Source of the DNA: Deferribacterales bacterium
GTDB lineage: Bacteria; Chrysiogenota; Deferribacteres; Deferribacterales; Geovibrionaceae
Length of the DNA stretch: 64,000 bases
Assembly: GCA_050251945.1 (NCBI GenBank)
Contig: JBFWLW010000003.1
Location: 1 to 64,000 of the forward strand
Direction: 5' to 3'
The translations under genes were made by a program, and so were the position numbers. A model generated the notes under the pieces. The model was not told the origin of the DNA and did no database searches. It saw nothing but the letters and a program-made list of their open reading frames with translations. Of this stretch, positions 17,329 to 26,653 are shown one piece after another. Each line of letters starts with the position of its first letter. Positions within the stretch are counted from its first letter, which is position 1.

Positions 17329-20046
17329 TTACGCTTTGTAGATTCTGACCGGAACAGAGTTTGAAACACCGATTGCTACAGCGCAGCAGTCGGATATTTT
17401 CGCGTTGGTCAGTTTGTTGTACATCGGATATGAAGCGGCTTTTTTGCCGAGACTGTCTACAAGACGTCCCAGAGCGCCGGCAACACCCACAACATCGGGG
17501 AAGATAAGCTCGGTAACGTGCACCTCGCCTTTAATCTTTCCGTTCTCAGATTCAACCCAGATGGTGTCTCCCTCTTTAATGCCTTTCTCTCTGGCAGTCT
17601 TTGTGTTGATGGAGAGTTTGCCGTATGTGGGGTCAAAAGTTCCGCTTGCCTCGTTCAGATAGGGCATCTGGTCGTTACCGCCGATCCTCATGGGGGAGGT
17701 GGGGGTTTTCCAGTTAATGGAGATCATGTCATATTTGTCGCCCTTCTTAACTTCTGTAAGTTTTTTCGGACGCCATTTGATGACTGCTTCATAATATTGA
17801 AGCTGGTCTTCCATGTCGAAATCGGGGATGTAAACTTTATCTTTGTATTCAGTGAAGAACTTACGCAGACCGTCTCCTGATTTTTTAAGGCGCTCGAAAT
17901 AGATGGGGTGTCTTGTCTCGCCCTTTTTGAACCATGAAGAGTTGTATGCATCCGCAGCAGCAAGATCCATCACCAGCATACCTTCTTTCTTCATCTCTTC
18001 CAGAGACTTGTGGAAATATGCGCGAACGCCTTTGTCCCATATCTCGCGGATGCTGTAGCGTTTGCCGGGAACAAGCTGATCTTTTTTCTCAAGCTGGGCA
18101 AAAGTGATCTCACCAAGCATTACGCCTGTTTTGTTTACGTTGGCGTTGAAGTCGTCGATCATTCCGATGCGTTCGCAAAGTTCGATAATGATATCCTGAG
18201 GCTGTCTGGAATCATAGACAGGCGTAAAGGGTTCTCTGTACATCATTACTTTTTTGGTGACGGTATCTTTTGTATAAACGTCGAACGCGCCTTCATAGCA
18301 GTTTACGGATTCTTTTTCGAGAAGCGCGTGGCAGGGCAGCAGTACGTTTGACATATGCGCCATTTCATCATAGTGATAAGCCACTGTCGCCGTGAAAGGA
18401 ATCTTAGCTACCGAATCGGCAACCATATAAGGCTCAGTTGTACTTGCGATGGGGTTGCTGCCCACAACAAGAAGAGCGTCTATTTCATATTCCAGCCCGT
18501 ATTTTTTGGGGTCTGCCGCAACTCTGTATGCCAGCGTGGGCAGAGTGTGCTTGTGCGGGAAATATTCGGAAAGGTTGACGTGCTGGGGCGGATACACAGG
18601 GTCTTTGTAGCGCGCTTCGCCTTTGGGTGCAACAACGCCGTCCTGATCTGGGCTGAGGTATGCTCCGCGCTGTGTTCCGAGCATGCCGCCGGGTACGTCG
18701 ATGGAACCCACCAGCATGTTCATGATTTTGGTCATAAGGTCTGCGGGAACGCCGTCTCTCATGTTTTTGATACCGCGTTTTCCCTCGCATACGGACGTTC
18801 TTTTCGGCAGAACAAGTTTCTGTCCCTTACCGTTCACCAGCTCAATTGTTTCGCCGATGCTTGCATGTTCGATAAAGTCTTTTGCGATCTCGCGTATCTT
18901 TTTCGCAGGAATGCCGGATTTTTTAGAAGCCCATTCGGGAGTATTAGTTTTGAATCCCTTTTTAACAAGAACAAATGACGCGGTGGTTTTTACACCGTTG
19001 ACCATGACGTTCTCTGCGTAGATATCGGGGTCTTTAAGGGTTTTATCGTCAAAAGATTTAATTTTACCGTCGGCTGCATCGCGGATCTGCGGTTTGCCGT
19101 CTGTTCCTCTGGCATAGTAGCCGTCCGGTCCTATCAGATAGGGACTGTTTGTGCGCCATGCGAGGAAATCGAAGTCAAGTTTTTTTACTTCATACATCAT
19201 ACTGTGGATAACGCCCATCATGAACGCCAGCTCTCCGCCGGGTCTGATCGGCACCCACTCTGTTTTGGATGCGTCGGGACCGCAGTGAGGGTCGACACAT
19301 ACAACTTTGATGTCTTTTTCGTATACTATTCTGTCAAGAAGACCTCTTACCCCGCCGTCGGAAGACGCAATACCCATGCCAAGGTTCATCCCCATTGCAA
19401 GGATATATTTTGCATATGTCGCATCCGGTTTAACACCGGGGAAAACACCGTGGACAAGGTCGGAAGCATAGTGAAGAACGCAGAGAGTTCCGTTACTTTT
19501 AATATAGTTGGGCGTACCGTACGCACCGGCGAAATAGAACATGAAAGTACAGAAGAAATCCATGTCGCCGAAACCGACCTGATAAATGAAGCGTCTGGGG
19601 TCTCTCTCGCGAACCTGTTTAAGAACACCAGCAGTGGTGCTCATAGCCTCTTCCCATGATATCTCAACCCACATAGGGTCTTCGGAAAGACCTTTCTTCG
19701 GGTTGGTTCTTTTCATGGGTGCTTTTACTCTGTAAGGGTTATAAAGGTTCTGGATAATAGACTGACCCTTAGCGCAGAGCGCGCCTTTGCTTGTGGGGGT
19801 ATTGGGGTTCCCCATGATCTCCACAACCACACCGTTTTTAACTTTGTAAAGGTTAGGGCATGTACCTCTCATACACATACGGCAGTGTCCAAAGTGCCAC
19901 CCGTCTTTAAGAAGCTGTTCGGTTCTGTCCATCGCCGCCGCTTCGGCCGCATGTGCAGGGCTGAGATTTATCCCCATCAGCGATGCGGCACCGGCAATAC
20001 CGGCAGCCTTTAAAACAGATCTTCTGCTAAGCGTAATCTGTCTCAT
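17329..20046 (-). CDS. Tat-exported molybdopterin oxidoreductase, catalytic subunit with N-terminal [4Fe-4S], substrate unknown
   Basis: SRRSVLK Tat motif; CRMCMRGTC...LCAKG Fe-S motif; GTPN...GTLC probable Cys Mo ligand; C-terminal MGD-binding domain. Confidence 0.9.
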   Translation of the reverse strand: MRQITLSRRSVLKAAGIAGAASLMGINLSPAHAAEAAAMDRTEQLLKDGWHFGHCRMCMRGTCPNLYKVKNGVVVEIMGNPNTPTSKGALCAKGQSIIQNLYNPYRVKAPMKRTNPKKGLSEDPMWVEISWEEAMSTTAGVLKQVRERDPRRFIYQVGFGDMDFFCTFMFYFAGAYGTPNYIKSNGTLCVLHYASDLVHGVFPGVKPDATYAKYILAMGMNLGMGIASSDGGVRGLLDRIVYEKDIKVVCVDPHCGPDASKTEWVPIRPGGELAFMMGVIHSMMYEVKKLDFDFLAWRTNSPYLIGPDGYYARGTDGKPQIRDAADGKIKSFDDKTLKDPDIYAENVMVNGVKTTASFVLVKKGFKTNTPEWASKKSGIPAKKIREIAKDFIEHASIGETIELVNGKGQKLVLPKRTSVCEGKRGIKNMRDGVPADLMTKIMNMLVGSIDVPGGMLGTQRGAYLSPDQDGVVAPKGEARYKDPVYPPQHVNLSEYFPHKHTLPTLAYRVAADPKKYGLEYEIDALLVVGSNPIASTTEPYMVADSVAKIPFTATVAYHYDEMAHMSNVLLPCHALLEKESVNCYEGAFDVYTKDTVTKKVMMYREPFTPVYDSRQPQDIIIELCERIGMIDDFNANVNKTGVMLGEITFAQLEKKDQLVPGKRYSIREIWDKGVRAYFHKSLEEMKKEGMLVMDLAAADAYNSSWFKKGETRHPIYFERLKKSGDGLRKFFTEYKDKVYIPDFDMEDQLQYYEAVIKWRPKKLTEVKKGDKYDMISINWKTPTSPMRIGGNDQMPYLNEASGTFDPTYGKLSINTKTAREKGIKEGDTIWVESENGKIKGEVHVTELIFPDVVGVAGALGRLVDSLGKKAASYPMYNKLTNAKISDCCAVAIGVSNSVPVRIYKA

Positions 20047-20122
20047 TAATGCACCTCGTTATAGAATTAAAAGAACCAGCTGTTTCTGACGGAAATATCG
20101 CAGATAATTTGTGTAGTAAAAA

Positions 20123-20153
20123 GGTCCAGAAAATGAAATTAACCAGCGCCCAG
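20123..20153 (-). promoter_or_regulatory. Putative MocR operator
   Basis: On the minus strand CTGGGCG-N17-CTGGACC, 24-bp period. Confidence 0.55.
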
Positions 20154-20319
20154 AACATAAGACAAAAACAGTCCGCTTATGCCGTAATTCAAACAGATAT
20201 ATAACAAATAATATTAATATACAAGATAATTACATCGTTATGTAAAAAACAGATGCACGCATGCCGGACAGGCTTTTTTTGTGAGATCATTTTGAGATAA
20301 GACCTGTTTTTTTGTCAGA

Positions 20320-20381
20320 CTGGTCTCTATCTTTATACCCGAACTAGACCCTTTACAATAACGTACGGTGAGCAATATAAT
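20320..20381 (+). promoter_or_regulatory. Putative MocR operator plus sigma70 promoter of the regulator
   Basis: CTGGTCT (20320) and CTAGACC (20344), 24-bp period, followed by TTTACA-N18-TATAAT. Confidence 0.55.
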
Positions 20382-20440
20382 AACGATATACACAATTATT
20401 ATGATTCAAAGCCATGTGTAGGCTACATGAGGTTAAAAAA

Positions 20441-21865
20441 ATGCTGTTTAGCTGGAAACCGGATACAAGCCTTAAATCACCGATGTACATGCAGCTTGCG
20501 GATTATTTCAGAGCGAAGATAAAAATGGGCGACCTGAAAAACGGTACGAAACTGCCCGGCAGAGAGACGCTGATGGAATCGCTGAACGTCAGTAAAACGA
20601 CGCTGATATCGGCTTTTTCACAATTGCAGAGAGAGGGGCTTCTGACATCTCACCCGAAATCGGGCTATTTCATCAACTACAACCTTGAAAACGGCAGGGT
20701 GAACTGGAACGACTATACCCGCATGGCAAGGCATAAGACCAGTGTGTACGAATACAGGCACTGGGGCGAATCCGACGGATTGACGAATTTCAGCCTCAGC
20801 AGCGATTTTCACATGGAAAAATATCTTGTTGACGCAATGCGGGGAGCTTCCGAAAGGATAAGTGCAGGCAAAACAGCACCGGAGCTGACTAAATACGGAC
20901 TCACTTCACTGCGGGAATCCATCAGAAAACACTTGGAAAAACTGGGGATAAAAACTAAGACGGAGAACATCTTGATCTCTTCCGAAACCATACAGAGACT
21001 GTTCCACGTTTACGAATCGCTCCTTAACGCCAACTCGAACTTCCTTTATGAAAACACCAACATAATAAACACCATATCGAACATTCACTCCATCGGTATG
21101 AACATGATACCTATAAAGATGGATAAACACGGAATGTCCGCAGTTGAGCTTGAAAAGAAGCTTATCAAATGCAAATGTTGTCCCATAGTACACGTCGACC
21201 CGACCGATCAGGCGCCCACGGGCGTTGTCATGAGCAAACGCCGCCGTCAGGAGATTATGAACATTATACAGAAATACCGCGTTCCGCTGGTCGAGATAGA
21301 CCACTCCAGCAATATATGGCACGACAGACCTGCGCTGAATCCGCTGAAATCCATCGACAGGAACGATAACATAATCTATTTGGGCAGCCTGCTGAAATGC
21401 CACCCGTATGATTTTCAGCTTTCGTGGATAGTCGCGGACAGATTCATTATAGAACACCTGAGCAACGTGTTCATACAGACCGGCGTGAAGCCTAACTTTA
21501 CCATGCAGCTGCTTGTCGACGAGATGATAAGAAGCGGAAACATCTACAAAATGACAGAGGACATCAGCAATTTTATACGCAGCAGAAAGGAACTGACCCT
21601 CGCTCTCTGCGAAAAGCACCTGAAAAGCAGAGGCTTCTGGATCGAGAAGAACTGCAACTTCCACTTCTGGCTGGACTTCCCCGACGTCAATTTCAAGAAC
21701 ATCTTCTCCAAAAGGGAACTGATAACAAACATCTATCCGGGCTACTTTTTCGACAAGAACGACACAAGCCACATACTTCTGTGCCCTGCATCAATTCAGG
21801 AACAGGACATCGAAAAAACCATCATCCGGCTGAAAGACCTTGTGAATGAAAATTACCGCGGATGA
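20441..21865 (+). CDS. MocR/GabR-family regulator (GntR HTH plus PLP-dependent aminotransferase-like domain)
   Basis: PMYMQLAD...GTKLPGRE...LNVSKTT wHTH; DQAPTG and YLGSLLK; start 20441 chosen from the GAGG RBS (20414 is an alternative). Confidence 0.9.
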   Translation: MLFSWKPDTSLKSPMYMQLADYFRAKIKMGDLKNGTKLPGRETLMESLNVSKTTLISAFSQLQREGLLTSHPKSGYFINYNLENGRVNWNDYTRMARHKTSVYEYRHWGESDGLTNFSLSSDFHMEKYLVDAMRGASERISAGKTAPELTKYGLTSLRESIRKHLEKLGIKTKTENILISSETIQRLFHVYESLLNANSNFLYENTNIINTISNIHSIGMNMIPIKMDKHGMSAVELEKKLIKCKCCPIVHVDPTDQAPTGVVMSKRRRQEIMNIIQKYRVPLVEIDHSSNIWHDRPALNPLKSIDRNDNIIYLGSLLKCHPYDFQLSWIVADRFIIEHLSNVFIQTGVKPNFTMQLLVDEMIRSGNIYKMTEDISNFIRSRKELTLALCEKHLKSRGFWIEKNCNFHFWLDFPDVNFKNIFSKRELITNIYPGYFFDKNDTSHILLCPASIQEQDIEKTIIRLKDLVNENYRG

Positions 21866-23040
21866 ATTTTGAGGAAATACGCCGCTGCCGCGCCCGCCAG
21901 AAGCACGGGAACAAGTGAGTAGGAAGCCATCTCCCAGCCTGCCTTTTCCGCTATGGCGCCGAAGAGGAATGGTCCAAGACACATGCCGAGATACTGACCG
22001 AATGCAACGATAGACATACCTACCCCTGCCGCTTTCGGGTCTTTAACTATCTCCGGCACAGCCGAAAAGGTCGCAGGCGCTATCATCCCCGCCGCAGAAC
22101 CAACAAGAAACAGACAAACGGGTATCATAACTCCGCTCACTTGATACGGTATCACTATTACAAAACTCAGAACAAGGAAGCTGAAGAAAAGTACGCCTCT
22201 GTAAACCCTGAGCTTATGTATCAGAACCCCCGCAACAGGAGATGCCACCAGCGAAGAAATGAGAAAAAAACTTGTGATCGCAGACGCGCGCTCTTTTGAA
22301 TATCCGAACTCGGATTCCAGATATACGGGCGTGAACGAACAGACAGCAATAACCATTATATTGAATATCATGAATACCAGAGCAAGTATCCAGACCCCGG
22401 GTGTTTTGTAGACTTCTTTGATGCTGACATGATGTTCCCCGCCTTCATAATAGTGCGGCGCCTCATCAATGCGGGGCATACGGAAAGGGTATATCATAAG
22501 AACAAGTATGAACGCCGTATATATAGTGGTCATCCCCCATACGGATTTCCAGCCCAGCCAGCCGTTAAGAAGCGGAGCCACAAGGAGCATCACTATACTG
22601 CCCAGAGAAACCCACGTCGACCAGATGCCCATAGGCATTCCGCGTTTTTCAGGCGGGAACCATGCCGATATTACAGCGGGCGCGACAACGGATATCAGGC
22701 ACATTCCGATTCCCTCTATCACCCTGCTGGTAAGCATCGAAGCAGTATCAACGGCAAACCAGCCGATGAACGAACCGACGAAAAGGGAAGCAACAGCTAT
22801 TATCCCCGAAAGTTTAAGCCCGACCCTGTCAACAATATAACCGGAAGGCAGAGATATGAATATCCCCACCAGTGCGAAGACAGACATCATAAGTCCGGCT
22901 TTTGAAAGGTCTATGCCTAGTTCCGCCATAAGTATTGTCATAACCGGGGGAACCTTGAACTGATTCAAAGGCGCAGAGATACTCGCCAGATAGATAGTGG
23001 CAAGTATTATCAGCGGGAAGCTGAATTTATTTTTTAGCAT
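21853..23040 (-). CDS. MFS transporter (CynX/NimT-like)
   Basis: About 12 TM segments; GYIVDRVG motif A; WFPPEKRG. Confidence 0.9.
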   Translation of the reverse strand: MLKNKFSFPLIILATIYLASISAPLNQFKVPPVMTILMAELGIDLSKAGLMMSVFALVGIFISLPSGYIVDRVGLKLSGIIAVASLFVGSFIGWFAVDTASMLTSRVIEGIGMCLISVVAPAVISAWFPPEKRGMPMGIWSTWVSLGSIVMLLVAPLLNGWLGWKSVWGMTTIYTAFILVLMIYPFRMPRIDEAPHYYEGGEHHVSIKEVYKTPGVWILALVFMIFNIMVIAVCSFTPVYLESEFGYSKERASAITSFFLISSLVASPVAGVLIHKLRVYRGVLFFSFLVLSFVIVIPYQVSGVMIPVCLFLVGSAAGMIAPATFSAVPEIVKDPKAAGVGMSIVAFGQYLGMCLGPFLFGAIAEKAGWEMASYSLVPVLLAGAAAAYFLKIHPR

Positions 23041-23206
23041 TTTATCCCCACATAGAACAAAAAAGAATATTTGTGTACCGACATTATAGTTATATTTAAT
23101 TATTTGTCCAGATTTCTACTGTCAGTTCAACGTTAAATTTGCCAATATCAGCAGATATGTAATATATTACTCACCGCACACGAAAACAGATACGAGGAGG
23201 CATGTT

Positions 23207-23671
23207 TTGTCCATAGAAAAGGTAAAAGAATATTTCGCAAGGTTCGGCATCTCCGACCGTATTCAGGAATTCAGCGTTTCAAGCGCAACAGTGGAGCTTG
23301 CTGCTGCAGCCCTTAAATGTGAGCCGGCACGCATTGCGAAGACACTCTCGTTTTCAACGCCGGAAGGAGCCGTTCTTGTGGTGATGGCAGGCGACGCAAG
23401 GGTGGATAACCCTAAATTCAAAGCGCAGTTCAACGCAAAAGCCAAGATGCTCTCCCCCGACGAAGCTCTGGCACAGATAGGGCATGCTGTGGGCGGAGTC
23501 TGCCCGTTTGCAGTGAAAGATGGCGTAAAGGTGTATCTGGACGAGTCTCTTAAACGTTTCAAAACAGTTTTCCCGGCCTGCGGAAGCAGCAGCAGCGGTA
23601 TCGAGCTGTCCATCGACGAACTTGAAAAATATTCGGACGCATCGGCATGGGTGGATGTCGGCAAATATTAA
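23207..23671 (+). CDS. YbaK/EbsC-family aminoacyl-tRNA editing protein
   Basis: SSATVELAA, IAKTLSF, GHAVGGVCPF and PACGS motifs; GAGGAGG RBS before TTG. Confidence 0.9.
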   Translation: MSIEKVKEYFARFGISDRIQEFSVSSATVELAAAALKCEPARIAKTLSFSTPEGAVLVVMAGDARVDNPKFKAQFNAKAKMLSPDEALAQIGHAVGGVCPFAVKDGVKVYLDESLKRFKTVFPACGSSSSGIELSIDELEKYSDASAWVDVGKY

Positions 23672-23812
23672 ACCAAGGCTCAGTTGACCGCTCATATTAC
23701 ATCAGGCATAACAGCGGCATGGAACGCCGGAAGCCTCGGTTATCTATACAGATGTACAAGCGAAAATTACCACAGGAACGGGCAGAGTGATGGTTGACAG
23801 AGGCAGCCTTAA

Positions 23813-24562
23813 TCAATAGACTACGCAAAGTCTGCCGTCTATCTCCCGTATATCCATCGGGATGCTGTAAACACCGGACACACAGCCGCTTTTAAGCTCG
23901 GAGCTTCTGCAGAAATCCGCCTGTTGCCCGCCGTCCAGAAGCAATATGCTGTCGGCATATCTTAAAGCAAGATTCAGATCATGTATAACCACAAGAGTTG
24001 CAAGTCCCGATTCCTGCGTGAGCTGTCTCGCGGTCTCCATGATATCTATCTGATTCTTAACGTCCAGATGGTTAACTGGCTCATCAAGTATCAGCACAGA
24101 CGTTTCCTGAACCAGCGCGCGGGCTATCAGAACCTTTTGCAATTCGCCGCCGGAAAGCTCCGTAACGTTGCGTTCAAGCAGGTGGTCTATCCCCAGCCGT
24201 AAAGCGACGTCCGAAACCATCGCTCTGTCCTCCGGAGAAGGGTACCAGCTTATATAAGGCTTCCTCCCGAGCAAAACGGCATCGGAAACAGAGCTTGAAA
24301 CAGCGTGCATCACCTGCGGCAGATACGCAACGACCTTCGCCCGCTCTCTCGGTACGAGGGATATGAGTTCTTCCCCCATGTATCTTACACTTCCGCCGTC
24401 AGGTCTTATAAGTCCTGTTATCACCTTCATAAGCGTGGACTTTCCCGCTCCGTTGGGACCTATCACAGCGCAAAGCTCACCGGAGCCGACTGAGAAACCG
24501 ATACCGTCCAGTATCTTCCTGCCGTTTTTCAGACTGTATGAAATATCTTTTATATCAAGCAT
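23813..24562 (-). CDS. Metal-chelate ABC transporter ATP-binding protein
   Basis: GPNGAGKS, LSGGELQ, LILDEP and HDLN. Confidence 0.95.
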   Translation of the reverse strand: MLDIKDISYSLKNGRKILDGIGFSVGSGELCAVIGPNGAGKSTLMKVITGLIRPDGGSVRYMGEELISLVPRERAKVVAYLPQVMHAVSSSVSDAVLLGRKPYISWYPSPEDRAMVSDVALRLGIDHLLERNVTELSGGELQKVLIARALVQETSVLILDEPVNHLDVKNQIDIMETARQLTQESGLATLVVIHDLNLALRYADSILLLDGGQQADFCRSSELKSGCVSGVYSIPMDIREIDGRLCVVY

Positions 24563-25586
24563 TTTTCAAAGACCTCCTCAGAAGAAGACCGAGAAACACC
24601 GGAACACCTGCAAAGCTGGTTATCACGCCCACCGGAAGTGCCACGGGGTAGATAATTGCCTGTGCGGCAATATCTGCCGTCAGCAGAAGGACGCCTCCCA
24701 GAATACCCGAAGCTGGAATGAGAAATCCGTGTCCCGCCTGACGAAAAACAAGACGAACCATATGGGGCGCTATCAGACCGATGAAGCCTATCACACCGTA
24801 AAAAGCGGTGGCAAAAGCCGCCATTACCGCTGTGACAAGAAGCGACAGTACGCGTACGCGCCGCACCTCGACCCCCAGCCCCGCGGCATAGGATTCACCC
24901 CACGCAACAGCGTTGTAGTCCCAGCTATATTTCAGGACAAACAAAACACCCGCAAGGCACACGCCCGCCATGGAAAAAGCCTCTGTCCAGCCCCCCTTTC
25001 CAAGGTCGCCGAACGTCCAGAAGACCGCCGCCGCAAGCTGGCTGTCTGTGGAAAAATACTGCAAAAGCATCGTACACGCTCCAAAAAACGACGACACGGC
25101 GACGCCCGCAAGTATAAGCCCCTGAGGTGTCATACCTCTCACAAACGAGAACAGCAGTATCACCGCCGATGCTGTGAGCGAACCCGCAAAAGCTCCTGCG
25201 GCAACAGACCCCAGACTGCCCAACACTACTCCGGAACCCGTATACTGCGTGCTTCCCGCGCCAAGAACGATAATAGAGAATGCCGCTCCGAACGCCGCTC
25301 CCTGCGAAAGCCCGAGCGTGAAAGAGGACGCAAGGGGATTGTTCAGCACGCTCTGAAGTATCACCTCGCAGACTGCAAGGCTCATCCCCGTGAAAACAGC
25401 CGCTGTTATCCGCGGCAGTCTCAGGTGGTATATAAAATATTCAAGGTCGGCATCCTTACCGCTCATAAACAGAGCCGAAAGGGTGTTGCTCCATGAGCTT
25501 TCACCCGCACCTCTGTGCAGCCCCACAACAGCGGCGGCAAAAAGAAGCGCAGCCATCACAGCAAAAAAAAGTACCTCTTTTCTCAT
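24555..25586 (-). CDS. FecCD/BtuC-family ABC permease
   Basis: LRLPRI, LNNPLAS, GVIGFIGLIAPH and PVGVITS. Confidence 0.95.
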   Translation of the reverse strand: MRKEVLFFAVMAALLFAAAVVGLHRGAGESSWSNTLSALFMSGKDADLEYFIYHLRLPRITAAVFTGMSLAVCEVILQSVLNNPLASSFTLGLSQGAAFGAAFSIIVLGAGSTQYTGSGVVLGSLGSVAAGAFAGSLTASAVILLFSFVRGMTPQGLILAGVAVSSFFGACTMLLQYFSTDSQLAAAVFWTFGDLGKGGWTEAFSMAGVCLAGVLFVLKYSWDYNAVAWGESYAAGLGVEVRRVRVLSLLVTAVMAAFATAFYGVIGFIGLIAPHMVRLVFRQAGHGFLIPASGILGGVLLLTADIAAQAIIYPVALPVGVITSFAGVPVFLGLLLRRSLKNA

Positions 25587-26653
25587 TTATCAAGAGGTTC
25601 CAGTTTCAACCCTTCGGATGAAAGAACTACCCTGCGGTATCCGCCGGAATCCTTTTCAAACTGACTGTAAAGAGCCGCTCCGTCCAGCATCTCAAATATT
25701 TTATCCGCTTCCGCAGCGGGATCAAGTGACGCATACTTTTCGGGGTATGCCGCTTTCGCTACCATAAAGGCGTTTGCGAGCATAACTTCAGGGTTTACGA
25801 AATATGCTGTGTTCGGAAGAAGCAAAAAGACCTTTCCGCTCTTGAACGCAGGAAGTTTTTTGAACAGGATCGGGTCGTCCCTGTACTGCTTTTGCAATAT
25901 CGCAAGCCCGTCTCCGTCGAGAAAGATCATCTGCGGTGAAAGACTGATTACGAACTCTTTGTTCACGAATATCTGGCTGTTTTTTCCCGCCTTCTCCCCC
26001 AGATTCTTAACCTTCGCGATATTAAACGGCAGAAAATTTCCCGACGTACTGTCTATCCCCTGAAAACCTTTGTAGGCTATTCCGCCGACGTATGCCGAAA
26101 CCTTCTGTGCGGGTTCAGTATTAAGCCTGCTGATTACTTTCATGATATATGCGTTAACCTCTGCGGCTCTCTTCTGCCTGCCAAGCACTTCGCCTGTGAT
26201 GGAGATGGAACGCATATAAGTTTTAAGGTCAAAAGACCTGCCGCCGTAGCCCACAGCAACAACCGGAATACGTATCTTGCGCTGGAGACTGTCTGGAATG
26301 GTCTTGTCGTCAGTATTGATAAAAACCACGTCAGGCTTATGGCTGATAATGGCTTCCGCGTTGAAACTCTGGACGGGACCGCCTTTAGCTACAACCGGAA
26401 GATTCTTCGCCAGTTCCATGTTCGCATAGATATACGGTTTCGGGAAATTAGCCCGCTTATCAATATCCTCAACTGCCACCGCCAGATTCTGCGCCTTCAT
26501 ATATGTTACAAAAGTCATACTGCTGCCCAGGGCTATAAGCCTGTCAACTTTTTCAGGCACCGCAACCTTCCGTCCGAGTATGTCCGTGACGTTTCTTGCA
26601 TGAGCCGATGCCGTGATAACAAGCATCAGCAGTAAAACTGTTAAACGCGCCAT
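25583..26653 (-). CDS. Periplasmic metal-chelate binding protein (FeuA/BtuF fold)
   Basis: Signal peptide ending AHA; VTDILGRKV and NAEAIISHKPD; operon context. Confidence 0.9.
   Translation of the reverse strand: MARLTVLLLMLVITASAHARNVTDILGRKVAVPEKVDRLIALGSSMTFVTYMKAQNLAVAVEDIDKRANFPKPYIYANMELAKNLPVVAKGGPVQSFNAEAIISHKPDVVFINTDDKTIPDSLQRKIRIPVVAVGYGGRSFDLKTYMRSISITGEVLGRQKRAAEVNAYIMKVISRLNTEPAQKVSAYVGGIAYKGFQGIDSTSGNFLPFNIAKVKNLGEKAGKNSQIFVNKEFVISLSPQMIFLDGDGLAILQKQYRDDPILFKKLPAFKSGKVFLLLPNTAYFVNPEVMLANAFMVAKAAYPEKYASLDPAAEADKIFEMLDGAALYSQFEKDSGGYRRVVLSSEGLKLEPLDK

Noticed and set aside
17329..20046. Specific call as arsenate, selenate or polysulfide reductase
   Set aside because: The ligand-loop sequence does not match the ArrA/PsrA motifs I know and no anchor subunit is present; phylogeny is needed
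23672..23812. Possible gene remnant between the ybaK-like gene and the ABC ATPase
   Set aside because: Short open frames with no RBS and no recognisable similarity
24363..25496. Long antisense ORFs (377 aa here; also 2991-3875, 20906-21772, 58854-59564, 60179-60868)
   Set aside because: They shadow well-supported genes on the opposite strand and carry no recognisable motifs
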